64,000 bases of DNA from Gammaproteobacteria bacterium (GTDB lineage: Bacteria > Pseudomonadota > Gammaproteobacteria > JAURND01), in the NCBI GenBank assembly GCA_035546635.1, contig DASZWJ010000019.1, positions 229,386 through 293,385 on the forward strand. Reading direction: 5' to 3'. Position numbers and translations under genes: made by a program. Of the stretch, positions 20,809 through 31,248 are shown piece by piece (the stretch's first letter is position 1; each line of letters starts with the position of its first letter). Below the pieces are notes generated by a model, which worked only from the letters and a program-made list of their open reading frames with translations, had not been told where the DNA came from and ran no database searches.

Positions 20809-21636
20809 TTATCTTAACGAAAATATAAAGTCATCGATTAACTTGCGGGACAAACTGAGTTTTTTGGGCAATTCCGGTAGTTGGTCAACGGAAAACCAGC
20901 CGGCATCTTCTATTTCAATATTATCAATAACAATTTCCCCACTTTCATATTCCGCAGTAAACGCCAGCATCAGATTGCTGGGAAATGGCCAGGGCTGTGA
21001 ACCAAAGTACTGAATATTTTTAATTTTTATGCCTACTTCCTCAAATACTTCTCTGACGACAGTCTGTTCGGCACTTTCACCAGGCTCCACAAAACCCGCA
21101 AGCACACTGTATATTCCTTTGGTAAAATGCGGAGAACGCGCCAAAAGTAATTGCTTTTGTCTATGGATACGTACCAAGATGACAGGGGCAACATGCGGAT
21201 AAAACACTGCATTGCAGTGTGAGCAAGTTTTAGCGCGTTCGGTAGTGCTCAATGTGGTTTCTTGACCACAATAACCGCAAAAGCGCGTACTTTTATCCCA
21301 TAATAGAATTTGTTTGGCACGAGAAGCTAATAAAAACAAATCCTCATTATCACTCAGCGCCTCATAAGATTGGCGAAGATGTTGGAATGCCATACTTTCT
21401 GGGGAAATACTATTTTCTGCAACTTCTGCCACAAAACAGTGGGTATTATCATAAACTCCTAGATAATGTTGGTGTAATATCTGTAAATCAAAAGCCGTGA
21501 TATCTATCAATTCGGGAATGGACATTTGGTTTTGTATTTTCTGGATGAGTATCTCTTCACCCTTAAACACAAACCATAAGGCAGGTGCTGCCAGCGTGGC
21601 GGGAGAATGTATGTGTGAGGTAAAAGGTTTTTTCAT
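20809..21636 (-). CDS. nudC: NADH pyrophosphatase NudC (Nudix hydrolase with zinc ribbon)
   Basis: Zinc-ribbon CGYCGQ…CSHCN, and a Nudix box GFVEPGESAEQTVVREVFEEVG, followed by the SQPWPFP motif typical of NudC. Confidence 0.8.
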   Translation of the reverse strand: MKKPFTSHIHSPATLAAPALWFVFKGEEILIQKIQNQMSIPELIDITAFDLQILHQHYLGVYDNTHCFVAEVAENSISPESMAFQHLRQSYEALSDNEDLFLLASRAKQILLWDKSTRFCGYCGQETTLSTTERAKTCSHCNAVFYPHVAPVILVRIHRQKQLLLARSPHFTKGIYSVLAGFVEPGESAEQTVVREVFEEVGIKIKNIQYFGSQPWPFPSNLMLAFTAEYESGEIVIDNIEIEDAGWFSVDQLPELPKKLSLSRKLIDDFIFSLR

Positions 21637-21687
21637 AGGTTAAACTCGGTGTCTCACCCCCTTTGAAAAAGAAGGTGAAAACAGTAT

Positions 21688-23142
21688 TTATTCAACAACA
21701 TTGCTTAAAAAAGCATCTTTCATTGTGATAGCTAAATTTCGAATATAAGCTTCTAAGCCAGATAACAACTTTTGCTGGCAATTATTCAGCTCTCTTTCTT
21801 GGTATAAATTATGGATAATCTCTAATGCCCCATGAGGTGTCAAACACTTTTCCCCGCGATAATCAACTCGCGCTGCTGCATTAGACGAATAATTCGATAT
21901 TAGATACGCTTTAAATTGTTGCGCTAACTCCGGTGTCAAAAGTTCTGAATAATGCCGGCCTAATATACGCAACATGAGTTGAGATAGGGTAGGGTTAGAA
22001 AATTGCGCAGCAAACTGTATCTTCTTTTCCGGGATAGCATGGTGAAAAAACTGGCATAATTGCTCTTCTTGCTGAGTCAAAAAGCCATTATCATAGAGTG
22101 CTGCATTGGCATCAATACTAGGGATTTTAGGATAAGTATATTCTTTATGATAGTGCATGATATCTTGCAACGCTTGTGGGTTGTTATGCAACCACTGCAA
22201 ATTATCCTGCATAGTTTTCAGGCGTTCAGCTGTGAGGTGTTGGGTAAAACGTGAAGATAGTGGCAATAACAAACCCGGTTCAGCGATTTTTTTGCGCGCA
22301 ACCCAACTGTTTTGGGCAACGGTATCGGAAGTGACATTAATTAATTCTGATTTATCTAGTCGCAACCATAAGCTCTGATTTTTATAATGATTATGCTGAC
22401 CCAATGATAACACCGGAAATTGATACAAATCTTTAGCGCCGCATTCACCAACCATTAAACCCAGATAATGTTGTTGACCATTACCACTAGTCCAAGCAGG
22501 TAATTGCTTAACGCGATGACTATCAATTTTTTTATCATAATAACCCATTGCGTAATGCCACATTTCTGCATCGCGAGCAAATAGGCGTGCAAGTCCCAAA
22601 GTAGCTTCTACATCCACCATGGCATTATGTGCTGCACCTTTTGCCAGTTGATTGGCTGAATTGAGATACTCCAATTTCAGCGTGGGTTTATCATCCAGCA
22701 TTGGCCAATTTAATGCGGTGTTTTTAAATAAATAATAAAGTGTAGCTAAGGGGTAGAGATCAAAGCGACCACATTCATTAGCCCATTGATGGGTATAAGC
22801 AGGTAATAAATTACGATAAAAGGAAAAGCGCAGAAATTCATCATCAAATCCTAAGGTGTTGTATCCGCCGCTTTGAGTTCCTGGCGTATTGAATAGGGTA
22901 TAGATTTTTTCCATTGCAGCAATTTCGGAGCTGCCCTGTAACATAGTTTCGATGGGAATATTATGGATGAGTATCGCTTCTGGGTCAGGAATGACATCGC
23001 AATTGAGTTTTACTGGTATTTCATAGCGTTCCAATTCGTTTAAATCTAAATCTGTGCGAATGGCTGCAAATTGTAGGACTTGGTCAAAACATTTATTTCG
23101 ACCTGTGGTTTCTAGGTCGTAAAATAGATAGGTTTTGGGCAT
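21688..23142 (-). CDS. sbcB: Exodeoxyribonuclease I (SbcB)
   Basis: DEDDh exonuclease N-terminus YLFYDLETTG and ExoI C-terminal domains, about 485 aa. The start is set at MPKTYLFYD (23142) rather than the track's 23178, which would overlap trpS. Confidence 0.85.
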   Translation of the reverse strand: MPKTYLFYDLETTGRNKCFDQVLQFAAIRTDLDLNELERYEIPVKLNCDVIPDPEAILIHNIPIETMLQGSSEIAAMEKIYTLFNTPGTQSGGYNTLGFDDEFLRFSFYRNLLPAYTHQWANECGRFDLYPLATLYYLFKNTALNWPMLDDKPTLKLEYLNSANQLAKGAAHNAMVDVEATLGLARLFARDAEMWHYAMGYYDKKIDSHRVKQLPAWTSGNGQQHYLGLMVGECGAKDLYQFPVLSLGQHNHYKNQSLWLRLDKSELINVTSDTVAQNSWVARKKIAEPGLLLPLSSRFTQHLTAERLKTMQDNLQWLHNNPQALQDIMHYHKEYTYPKIPSIDANAALYDNGFLTQQEEQLCQFFHHAIPEKKIQFAAQFSNPTLSQLMLRILGRHYSELLTPELAQQFKAYLISNYSSNAAARVDYRGEKCLTPHGALEIIHNLYQERELNNCQQKLLSGLEAYIRNLAITMKDAFLSNVVE

Positions 23143-23174
23143 GTGTAGGGAATCCTTTGGTATGCTATGTGTTT

Positions 23175-24182
23175 TCAAAAAGGAGCAGGTATCAGCCCCA
23201 CTGCATCATGCACGCGCTGTAGAATTCTTTGCGCACGTGCTTGCGCTGTTTCTGCGCCACTTCGCAATATATCCTGTAATTTATCAATATCTGCGCGTAA
23301 TTCGTAATAACGTTCGCGCATTGGTCGCAAGTGTTCAATAATTGCCTCAGCCAGATCATTTTTAAATTTACCATAACCGCTGCCCTGATAAGCTTGTTCT
23401 AATTGCGCAATGCTTTGGTGAGTGGTCAATGCAAACAAAGTCAATAAATTGGCAACGCCCGGTTTAGCATCTACATCGTAACGTATCTCATTGCCGGAAT
23501 CGGTTACCGCGCGTTTTAATTTAGTCCGAATCATATCTTCTGAATCTAATAGCGCAATATAATTATGCTGATTGGCATCTGATTTAGACATTTTTTTGGT
23601 CGGTTCTTGCAAACTCATAATGCGTGCACCCTGAGGTGGAATATAGGGTTCAGGAATAGTAAAAATTTCACCATAAAGACTATTGAAACGTAAAGCTACA
23701 TCTCGAGTTAATTCCAAATGCTGCTTCTGATCTTCTCCAACGGGAACTCGATGCGCACCATATACTAAAATATCAGCCGCCATTAACACTGGATAATCAA
23801 ATAGCCCGACATTAATATTGCTTTCATGCTGCTTAGATTTATCTTTAAACTGCGTCATACGGTTGAGTTCACCCAGATAAGTAAAGCAGTTTAAGATCCA
23901 AGCTAGGCGGGTATGTGCCGGCACATGCGATTGTGCAAACAACACATTCTTTTCAGGATCTATGCCACAGGCAATATATAAAGCCAACACATCATAGCAA
24001 CGCTCCAATAATTGTTCAGGATCTTGGCGGACGGTTAAGGTGTGCAGGTCAGCCAGCATAAACAGGCAATCATATTCCTCCTGCATCTTGACCCAATTAG
24101 AGATGGCGCCTGTGTAATGGCCGATAGTGAGCTGACCTGAAGGTTGAATTCCACTTAGCAAAACTGGCTTTGATAGAGTCAT
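23175..24182 (-). CDS. trpS: Tryptophan--tRNA ligase
   Basis: Class I aaRS HIGH-type motif (TIGHYTGA) and KMSKS present. The start MTLSKPVLLSGIQPSG aligns with the E. coli TrpS N-terminus. Confidence 0.92.
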   Translation of the reverse strand: MTLSKPVLLSGIQPSGQLTIGHYTGAISNWVKMQEEYDCLFMLADLHTLTVRQDPEQLLERCYDVLALYIACGIDPEKNVLFAQSHVPAHTRLAWILNCFTYLGELNRMTQFKDKSKQHESNINVGLFDYPVLMAADILVYGAHRVPVGEDQKQHLELTRDVALRFNSLYGEIFTIPEPYIPPQGARIMSLQEPTKKMSKSDANQHNYIALLDSEDMIRTKLKRAVTDSGNEIRYDVDAKPGVANLLTLFALTTHQSIAQLEQAYQGSGYGKFKNDLAEAIIEHLRPMRERYYELRADIDKLQDILRSGAETAQARAQRILQRVHDAVGLIPAPF

Positions 24183-24344
24183 AAAGTTATCCATATAGAT
24201 TGATTGTTAGTAATTTACATATAATTTTGAATAAATTTAAATATTTGCAGAATTTTATTTAATGTATGAGCTTCAAGGTACTGAAATCTGTACTATATTT
24301 TAACGAAGACTAATGGATATTTCCTATAAGTGAGGATAGAAAAA

Positions 24345-24536
24345 ATGACCAGGATATTCTGCATCTTATGTATAACAGGGTTGCTCTATGGATGCACCTA
24401 CTCACCACCACCACCTTATCTCATGGATTATAATAACTATTATTATACGAGCTCTTATGGGGCCTATGAATACACCTATCCTATAGGTTATGATGATAGT
24501 TATTACGTTAAAAATAGTGGAGTAATTCCTTATTAA
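24345..24536 (+). CDS. Small Tyr-rich putative lipoprotein
   Basis: Signal peptide followed by a lipobox-like LLYG-C (MTRIFCILCITGLLYGC). The mature part is about 25% Tyr (…YNNYYYTSSYGAYEYTYPIGYDDSYYV…). Preceded by RBS GAGGA. Confidence 0.4.
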   Translation: MTRIFCILCITGLLYGCTYSPPPPYLMDYNNYYYTSSYGAYEYTYPIGYDDSYYVKNSGVIPY

Positions 24537-24647
24537 AAAGGGTAGGGTAAGCGAAAAACATAATTTTTTCTGAACCGAAAATTTTTAACTAATTTTAAAC
24601 AATAATATAATCTCGGTCTTCAATAAACTTTGGTGAAGAAAAAATAT

Positions 24648-26084
24648 ATGCTTATTACCCCCTCTCGAAAAAATTGGTATCGACTTTTATTAATCATGGT
24701 ATTTTTTGCGTTTCTTAGCGCATTCTTCATGATTTTCCTTCCGCATATTAAAGAGGAAGGTCGGTATACCATTGCCTCCATGGAAATGTTTTACAATCAT
24801 TACTATTGGCAACCGACCACGTATGGCGCACATTATCGAAGACCGCCCTTTTTCAATTGGCTAACACTGCCTATTATGCACTGGATAGGTGCCCAAAATG
24901 TACTGGTTGCTTCGCGTATTGTGGCGGCTAGCGGCACTGTGCTTTTAGCCTTGATGTTGTGGTTCTTCAGTCTCCACTTATTTAAAAACAAAGTCTTCGC
25001 GATTTTTAGTGTTGCCGTATTATTTTCTGGAGATTTTCTATTAGGCAAGGCCTGGGTGGCTTACCCTGATACTTGGTTTGCGTTTTTCACGTTTACTGCC
25101 ATTAGCTGCATGTGGATAAGCATTAAAGAACAACGTCCTTTATTTTGGATTCCTATCCCTTTTGTATTATTCGCAGCGCTACTCACCAAAGCGTTCACCT
25201 GTTATATATTTTATGCTACCGCATTATTGGTAGTAACCATAGGGTTAGGATGGTCTAAAAACTGGCGTTATCTACTTAAACCGGCCAGCATTTTAGCCCA
25301 TGCATTAGTGATTATATTACCCCTCACATGGTTTTTGCTGCCTGAATCGACTGGTTTAGCCGGTATGTTAGGAGATGTTTCGGGTTCAATGGCACAACCT
25401 GAGCAATTCACCTGGTTAGGTTATTTTCTAAAAATTCTGTCAACGCCGTTTAGTTTCATTTATTTGCTGCTCCCCATTGATATACTGGTGCTTTATTGTT
25501 TATATCGCTATAAAAAATATCCTACTATCCAGCCGGTCACCCGTTTGGATGGACAATCCATTAAATTATTAATCTGGATTATAGTCTTAAGCATATTACC
25601 TTATTGGTTTTCGACAGCGCATCTGTTAAATCCACGTTATTTATTTCCCTTATTACCCATGATAGCGATAGTGCTAGCCTATTGTGTTTGGCGGGCTGGG
25701 GAAAAAATGGTGGGTTTTGCCATTTTAATATTAATATTTGAGTTGTTCTTGAAGTGTATTTTGGTCATTTTAATTAGCCACCCTGGGAAGTTTACCTCTG
25801 TAGATTTTTCGCTTGACCAAATTGCAAATGATGCCCTCAAGCAAAGTCAGTCATATGCTAATTTAATCTATGTTAGCGATTTCGATGATGGGGGATATGG
25901 GGTGAATATTGCCTCTAAAATTAATATAATCCGTTGGCCTCAACCACCTTTAACGACTGCGCCTGAGCCACTGACCAAAGGTTGTGTGCTTAGCCAGGTG
26001 AATAGTACTAAGTGGGGGGTAGTGCCCAAGGTATATCATGTAAATAACGGGCGGGGTAAGCCTATTTATGTTTATTGCAAATAG
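24648..26084 (+). CDS. GT-C fold membrane glycosyltransferase, ArnT/PMT-like (GT83/GT39 family); candidate lipid A or envelope glycan modifier
   Basis: Polytopic membrane protein. The first periplasmic loop (EEGRYTIASMEMFYNHYYWQPTTYGAHYRRPPFFNWL) resembles the ArnT/PMT D/ExRYAEIAREM…KPPL.YW signature. It lies directly upstream of msbA-lpxK. The ATG at 24648 or the TTG at 24630 could be the start. Confidence 0.6.
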   Translation: MLITPSRKNWYRLLLIMVFFAFLSAFFMIFLPHIKEEGRYTIASMEMFYNHYYWQPTTYGAHYRRPPFFNWLTLPIMHWIGAQNVLVASRIVAASGTVLLALMLWFFSLHLFKNKVFAIFSVAVLFSGDFLLGKAWVAYPDTWFAFFTFTAISCMWISIKEQRPLFWIPIPFVLFAALLTKAFTCYIFYATALLVVTIGLGWSKNWRYLLKPASILAHALVIILPLTWFLLPESTGLAGMLGDVSGSMAQPEQFTWLGYFLKILSTPFSFIYLLLPIDILVLYCLYRYKKYPTIQPVTRLDGQSIKLLIWIIVLSILPYWFSTAHLLNPRYLFPLLPMIAIVLAYCVWRAGEKMVGFAILILIFELFLKCILVILISHPGKFTSVDFSLDQIANDALKQSQSYANLIYVSDFDDGGYGVNIASKINIIRWPQPPLTTAPEPLTKGCVLSQVNSTKWGVVPKVYHVNNGRGKPIYVYCK

Positions 26085-26110
26085 AGGGGGTATGTGAATA
26101 CCCTATCATT

Positions 26111-26186
26111 AAGCAGGCACTTCCCTTCTCCCATCCCGCAAGGGGATTCCCTTCGGTCACAGACGGGAGAAGGGAAGTGCCTGCTT
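26111..26186. repeat. REP-like palindromic element, family B, second copy
   Basis: AAGCAGGCACTTCCCTTCTCCC…loop CCGCAAGGGGATTCCCTTCGGTCACA…GGGAGAAGGGAAGTGCCTGCTT. It has a 22-bp inverted repeat, and the loop is nearly identical to 5303-5360. Confidence 0.7.
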
Positions 26187-26320
26187 ATGGAATGATATGA
26201 TGAATACTTGACCCCTCAGCCCACCTAGACTTGAAAGTGCTCCTTATGCTAAACTCCCGTTTTTATATGATCTGCTTTTCTTTACCCAGTATGCGGCAAT
26301 TGCGGCGAGCTTAATCACTT

Positions 26321-28120
26321 ATGTCGATTCCCTTTTTTGCACTGTTTTCGTCTAATCCCTCAAGCCTACTCAACCTATACAAAAGACTATTAACTTCAGT
26401 CAAACCCTACCGCTTGATCTTTTTACTGGGCATTCTAGGTACGGCTGCATCTTCTGGCATTGACGCTGGTCTGGCTTGGTTGATTAAGCCCATCATTAAT
26501 CACGGCCTAGTGGATAAAAACTTCCATTTTATCCGCATACTGCCGTTTGTGGTTATCCTGATCTTCATTCTGCGTGGTTTTGCCGTATTTATGTCCACTT
26601 ATTACATCGCCAAGGTCGGTAAAAGTGTCGTTATGGACTTCCGCCAGCAAATGTTTGCCCATATGCTCAGGTTACCAGCCAGTTTTTATGATACCCAATC
26701 CTCGGGGCAATTGCTTTCTCGCTTAATCTTTAATGTAGAACAGGTCACGGAAGCGACCACCAATGCCTTGATGATTATGGTGCAAGATGGGGTATTAGCG
26801 ATAGGTCTCATTGTCGTCATGATTTCCTTAAGTTGGCAGATGACCTTGATGTTTATGGTGATTCTACCGATGTTGAGTATCATGATTCGCTATACCAGCA
26901 AAAGAATGCGTCGGCTGAGTTTTAGCGTGCAAAAAGCGATGGGGGAAATTAGCCATATTGCCGAAGAGAGCTTTGAAGGTTACCGCGTGATTCGTACCTT
27001 TGGCGGTGAGGATTATGAAAATAACAAATTTGTCAAAGCTACTAAAGATAATCGTAGACGTGAAATGAAGATTGTCGCCACTAATGCCATCGGCACGGCT
27101 ACCACCCAAATTATTGTCTCGTTTGCAATTGCGCTCATTTTATTTCTAGCTACTTTGCCTCAAGTAGACATTTCACCTGGCACCTTTGCGGCATTAATAG
27201 CCTCCATGTTCGCATTATTACGACCCATACGGCGCATCACGCAAATCAATAACTCCATACAAAAGGGTGTTGCCGGCGCACAAAGTATTTTTGAAATACT
27301 CGATATTGAACCCGAAAAAGATACAGGGACTTTGACCGTACAGCGGGTTAAAGGAGCGATTGAATACCGCGACTTGCGCTTTACTTATCCTCATACTAAA
27401 AAGCAGGTACTGTCAGAAATAAATTTTCATATTAAACCTGGGGAAACTGTGGCCCTGGTCGGCCGTTCTGGCAGCGGCAAAACAACTTTAGTGAGTCTAT
27501 TGCCGCGGTTTTATGAGTTAGAAAAAGGCAGTATTTTAATTGATGGTGTAGACATCCGTGAGTTTCGTCTAGCTGATTTACGCAACCAGTTTGCATTAGT
27601 ATCGCAGCATGTCACTTTATTTAATGACACGATAGCGCGCAATATTGGCTATGGGCGACTCAGCGAGGTCAGTGAAGAGGATATTATACGTGCCGCTGAA
27701 GCAGCCCATGCCATGGATTTTATCCGTGAATTTCCTCAAGGCTTAAATACCCTGATTGGTGAAAATGGCGTGCTGTTATCGGGTGGTCAGCGGCAACGTA
27801 TCGCCATTGCTAGAGCGTTATTAAAAAATTCACCTATTTTAATTCTCGATGAAGCAACCTCATCCTTGGATACAGAATCCGAGCGACGGATTCAAGCAGC
27901 ACTCGATGACCTCATGCGTCATCGCACCACACTGGTGATAGCGCATCGTTTGTCGACTATAGAAAAAGCTGATCGCATTTTAGTGGTGGAGAAAGGCCGG
28001 ATTGTTGAAACCGGCACGCACGCTGAATTAGTGCGCAACAATGGCCATTATGCCTATTTACATGCACTGCAGTTCAAAGACGAGCCTGCCACCAGTGATG
28101 CTGAAGTTGTGGTCATATGA
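26321..28120 (+). CDS. msbA: Lipid A export ATP-binding/permease protein MsbA
   Basis: Six TM helices plus an NBD with Walker A GRSGSGKTT, signature LSGGQRQR and Walker B ILILDEATS. The conserved msbA-lpxK pairing is present. Confidence 0.88.
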   Translation: MSIPFFALFSSNPSSLLNLYKRLLTSVKPYRLIFLLGILGTAASSGIDAGLAWLIKPIINHGLVDKNFHFIRILPFVVILIFILRGFAVFMSTYYIAKVGKSVVMDFRQQMFAHMLRLPASFYDTQSSGQLLSRLIFNVEQVTEATTNALMIMVQDGVLAIGLIVVMISLSWQMTLMFMVILPMLSIMIRYTSKRMRRLSFSVQKAMGEISHIAEESFEGYRVIRTFGGEDYENNKFVKATKDNRRREMKIVATNAIGTATTQIIVSFAIALILFLATLPQVDISPGTFAALIASMFALLRPIRRITQINNSIQKGVAGAQSIFEILDIEPEKDTGTLTVQRVKGAIEYRDLRFTYPHTKKQVLSEINFHIKPGETVALVGRSGSGKTTLVSLLPRFYELEKGSILIDGVDIREFRLADLRNQFALVSQHVTLFNDTIARNIGYGRLSEVSEEDIIRAAEAAHAMDFIREFPQGLNTLIGENGVLLSGGQRQRIAIARALLKNSPILILDEATSSLDTESERRIQAALDDLMRHRTTLVIAHRLSTIEKADRILVVEKGRIVETGTHAELVRNNGHYAYLHALQFKDEPATSDAEVVVI

Positions 28121-29100
28121 ATACCTGGGTGAAGGCCTGGTATGACCGTCACCCTTGGCTCTATGCATTAACACCATTTGCCGCTATTTACTGCAGTGCA
28201 GCACAAATCAAACGTTACAGTTATCGAATTGGCCTAAAAAAAACCACGCAATTTGCAGTGCCTGTGATTGTAATCGGCAATGTTACCGTAGGTGGAACCG
28301 GTAAAACCCCATTAGTGATTGCTTTAGCGAAAATCCTCCTTGAACACGGATATAAACCTGGGATAGTCAGTCGTGGTTACGGTGGTCAAGCCGCAACGAC
28401 ACCACAATGGGTAACAGGAAATAGCAACCCTCTGGAAACTGGGGATGAGCCATTATTAATCGCACGGCATACCCTTTGCCCTTTAGTCATTGCCAAACAA
28501 CGTGTCTCGGCAATCACTACTTTACTCAATCATTACCCTTGCGATGTCATACTCAGCGATGATGGTCTGCAGCATTATGCTATGGGAAGGAGCATAGAAA
28601 TTGCTGTCATAGATGGGGTGCGGCGTTTTGGTAATGGTCTTTGCCTGCCAGCCGGTCCGTTACGTGAGCCCTTATCGCGCCTAAAACAAGTGGATTTTAA
28701 GGTGACTCAAGGCAACCCAGAACTGGGTGAATGGGCGATGCAATTGCTGCCGGGAACCATTTATAATCTCGCAAATCCAGAACAAAAATTGCATCCTCAT
28801 GAACATCTACCTCCTGTACACGCCGTAGCCGGCATAGGCAATCCGCAACGCTTTTTTACTCAGCTTGAACAACTGGGATTTACTGTTATTGCGCATCCAT
28901 TTCCCGATCATTATCATTTCCAGCCAGGTGATATTGATTTTGGTAAAAATGCCATCACCATTATGACTGAAAAAGATGCGGTGAAATGTGAAAAATTTGC
29001 GGATGAGCGGCATTGGTGTTTGCCAGTGACTGCACAATGTGATGCGGGTTTTATTAATTTACTGTTGGAAAAATTAGGCTGTCATCCTGGGCGTAAGTGA
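28117..29100 (+). CDS. lpxK: Tetraacyldisaccharide 4'-kinase LpxK
   Basis: P-loop VIVIGNVTVGGTGKTP, about 327 aa. Overlaps the msbA stop (ATGA). Confidence 0.9.
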   Translation: MNTWVKAWYDRHPWLYALTPFAAIYCSAAQIKRYSYRIGLKKTTQFAVPVIVIGNVTVGGTGKTPLVIALAKILLEHGYKPGIVSRGYGGQAATTPQWVTGNSNPLETGDEPLLIARHTLCPLVIAKQRVSAITTLLNHYPCDVILSDDGLQHYAMGRSIEIAVIDGVRRFGNGLCLPAGPLREPLSRLKQVDFKVTQGNPELGEWAMQLLPGTIYNLANPEQKLHPHEHLPPVHAVAGIGNPQRFFTQLEQLGFTVIAHPFPDHYHFQPGDIDFGKNAITIMTEKDAVKCEKFADERHWCLPVTAQCDAGFINLLLEKLGCHPGRK

Positions 29101-29122
29101 AGGATCTCCTGAAGGTAAAATA

Positions 29123-30334
29123 ATGACTGCTATAAAATTTCAAAATACTAAATCACTTTCTACTCAGCGCATTAATCTCATTCTATGGACTATACTTTTA
29201 CTCTATCCCTTACTTGGCATGGGCATTGATTTAATTGCCCCCTCTTTACCTGCAATTAGTCATGATTTGGGAATATCAAACGCTATCTCAAAAAACTTAA
29301 TTGCACTTTACCTGATTGGATATGCGGCAGGAAATTTTTTAATTGGATTTTTATCTGATGCACTAGGACGGCGTAAATTGCTAATGGTTAGTTTATTTGT
29401 ATTTACCTTAACCAGTCTTCTACCCATTTTTTTACCTACGACTATGACCTTATTGATTTCGCGGTTGTTACAAGGTTTTTCGTTAGCAGGTTTTGGAGTC
29501 ATAGCGCGTGCTAGTGTCGCAGATTTACTGACTGCAGATAAACTCAAACAAGTCGCTGTATTGACAGCTACTATGTGGGGAATAGGACCGATTGTTGGCC
29601 CTTTTATTGGCGGGTATTTACAATATTATTTTGGTTGGCAAGCTTGTTTCTATTTCTTTTCGCTCTACAGTTTCTTGGGGTTGGCGGCTTGCATTTTTAT
29701 CGTGCCAGAAACACATCACAACCGCCAACCATTTAACTTGCAACAAATTAAACTAAATTTTATTACTATTACCTCTCATCCGCTATTTATGGGGATGGTC
29801 ATTATTATGGGTACTAATTATTCATTATTAATTGTGTTTAACGCACTCGGTCCGTTTTTAATTCAAAATAGTCTTGGATTTTCGCCACTGTATTTTGGTC
29901 ATATCGCGTTATATATGGGACTAGCTTTTTTAATTGGCACTTATGTGTGTCGTCGTTTGATTAAAGTTTTCCAACCAGAAAAAATAATATTTTCAGGGAT
30001 TGGTATCTTTCTTTTGGTTGCCGCAATGGGTGTGATTTTGGCTTATGTTGCTGGAAAAAATATGACGGTGGTTGTTATTCCAAGTCTGTTGCTTTATTTT
30101 GCTTGCGGCATTCTTTATCCGGCTAGCATGGCCAGGGGGTTGGCGATATTTCAGCATTTAGCGGGTAGCAGTGCAGCGGTCATGAATCTATTAAATCTAT
30201 TAATCACTAGTCTCACTGCGTTCGCTATGAGCTTGATTAATCCGACTACAGCGCTGCCTATGGCCTGTATTTATCTAGTGCTTTTATTATTTTGCGCTTT
30301 GGCTTATTGGCTACTAGTTCATAAAAATGCTTAG
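29123..30334 (+). CDS. MFS transporter (12-TM, drug/metabolite exporter type)
   Basis: MFS motif A-like GFLSDALGRRKLLM between TM2 and TM3, and 12 predicted hydrophobic segments. Confidence 0.78.
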   Translation: MTAIKFQNTKSLSTQRINLILWTILLLYPLLGMGIDLIAPSLPAISHDLGISNAISKNLIALYLIGYAAGNFLIGFLSDALGRRKLLMVSLFVFTLTSLLPIFLPTTMTLLISRLLQGFSLAGFGVIARASVADLLTADKLKQVAVLTATMWGIGPIVGPFIGGYLQYYFGWQACFYFFSLYSFLGLAACIFIVPETHHNRQPFNLQQIKLNFITITSHPLFMGMVIIMGTNYSLLIVFNALGPFLIQNSLGFSPLYFGHIALYMGLAFLIGTYVCRRLIKVFQPEKIIFSGIGIFLLVAAMGVILAYVAGKNMTVVVIPSLLLYFACGILYPASMARGLAIFQHLAGSSAAVMNLLNLLITSLTAFAMSLINPTTALPMACIYLVLLLFCALAYWLLVHKNA

Positions 30335-30374
30335 AAGCGATTTTCACATTTCTGCGAAAGAAGAGGGAGGGTAG

Positions 30375-31160
30375 CTATTCTTTAAATTCCCATAGTTTCA
30401 ATATCTTATTATGTCCTTTAATCGCTGCCGCACCTGCATAATCCAGCCCGGGTTTTAAGTTAAATAATGACCACTCTTCTGCGATATATCCACCATTGCG
30501 TACTGCCAATAAGGCTGCTAACTCGCCCGAACTTACGTCGAAATCTTTCAGTGGAAACGATAATCCCAAACCTAACGCTTTGATAAAAGCTTCTTTCCGC
30601 GTCCAGATATTAAAAAAAGCACTGGTTTTTTGTGGCGGAGATAAAGCGCTTAATTCTTTAATTTCATGATCGGAAAAAAAGCGTTCAGCTATTGCCTCAG
30701 CTTCGATATGTTTTTGTATACTTTCAATATCCACCCCGACTGGTTCAGCCAAACTGATTGCATATAAAGCCATTTCATTAGAGTCTGAAGAATTAAACTG
30801 TAATGCGTATCCTTTAGGATTACTCAATTCAGGTTTACCGTGAGCGCTGAGTGCAAAACTAATTTTGTCAGGAGTTTCTCCGATATAACGCGCTAATATT
30901 AATCGCAGCACACCTTTGGCAACTATAAAGCGCCGCCGGTGATGTTCAAATTTAAAACGTAAAGCTCTGGCGTGTTCCTCTGTTGATAATAATGCCAAGA
31001 GCTGTTCCTCGCGCGCAGGTGATACTTTAAGCGAAGTACGCCATACATGTATTTCATGTGCTGATATAGTGGAAATTTGCGTAGAGGAAATGTGCCATTG
31101 ATTTAAAAAGTTCGAATTTGATTCATTCATAATCCCATCCCTAAGATCAGCACGCTTCAA
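30375..31160 (-). CDS. 4'-phosphopantetheinyl transferase, Sfp/EntD type
   Basis: PPTase motifs: …HGKPEL… ; VGVDIE (Mg-binding) ; WTRKEAFIKALGLGL. Confidence 0.8.
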   Translation of the reverse strand: MKRADLRDGIMNESNSNFLNQWHISSTQISTISAHEIHVWRTSLKVSPAREEQLLALLSTEEHARALRFKFEHHRRRFIVAKGVLRLILARYIGETPDKISFALSAHGKPELSNPKGYALQFNSSDSNEMALYAISLAEPVGVDIESIQKHIEAEAIAERFFSDHEIKELSALSPPQKTSAFFNIWTRKEAFIKALGLGLSFPLKDFDVSSGELAALLAVRNGGYIAEEWSLFNLKPGLDYAGAAAIKGHNKILKLWEFKE

Positions 31161-31248
31161 ATGTAGCCGTCAATACCGCAATTTTTACGGTATTGTTTGA
31201 TTTAACTGATCTGGTACGCTGAACACGGTTAAATTATTTCTAAACAAT

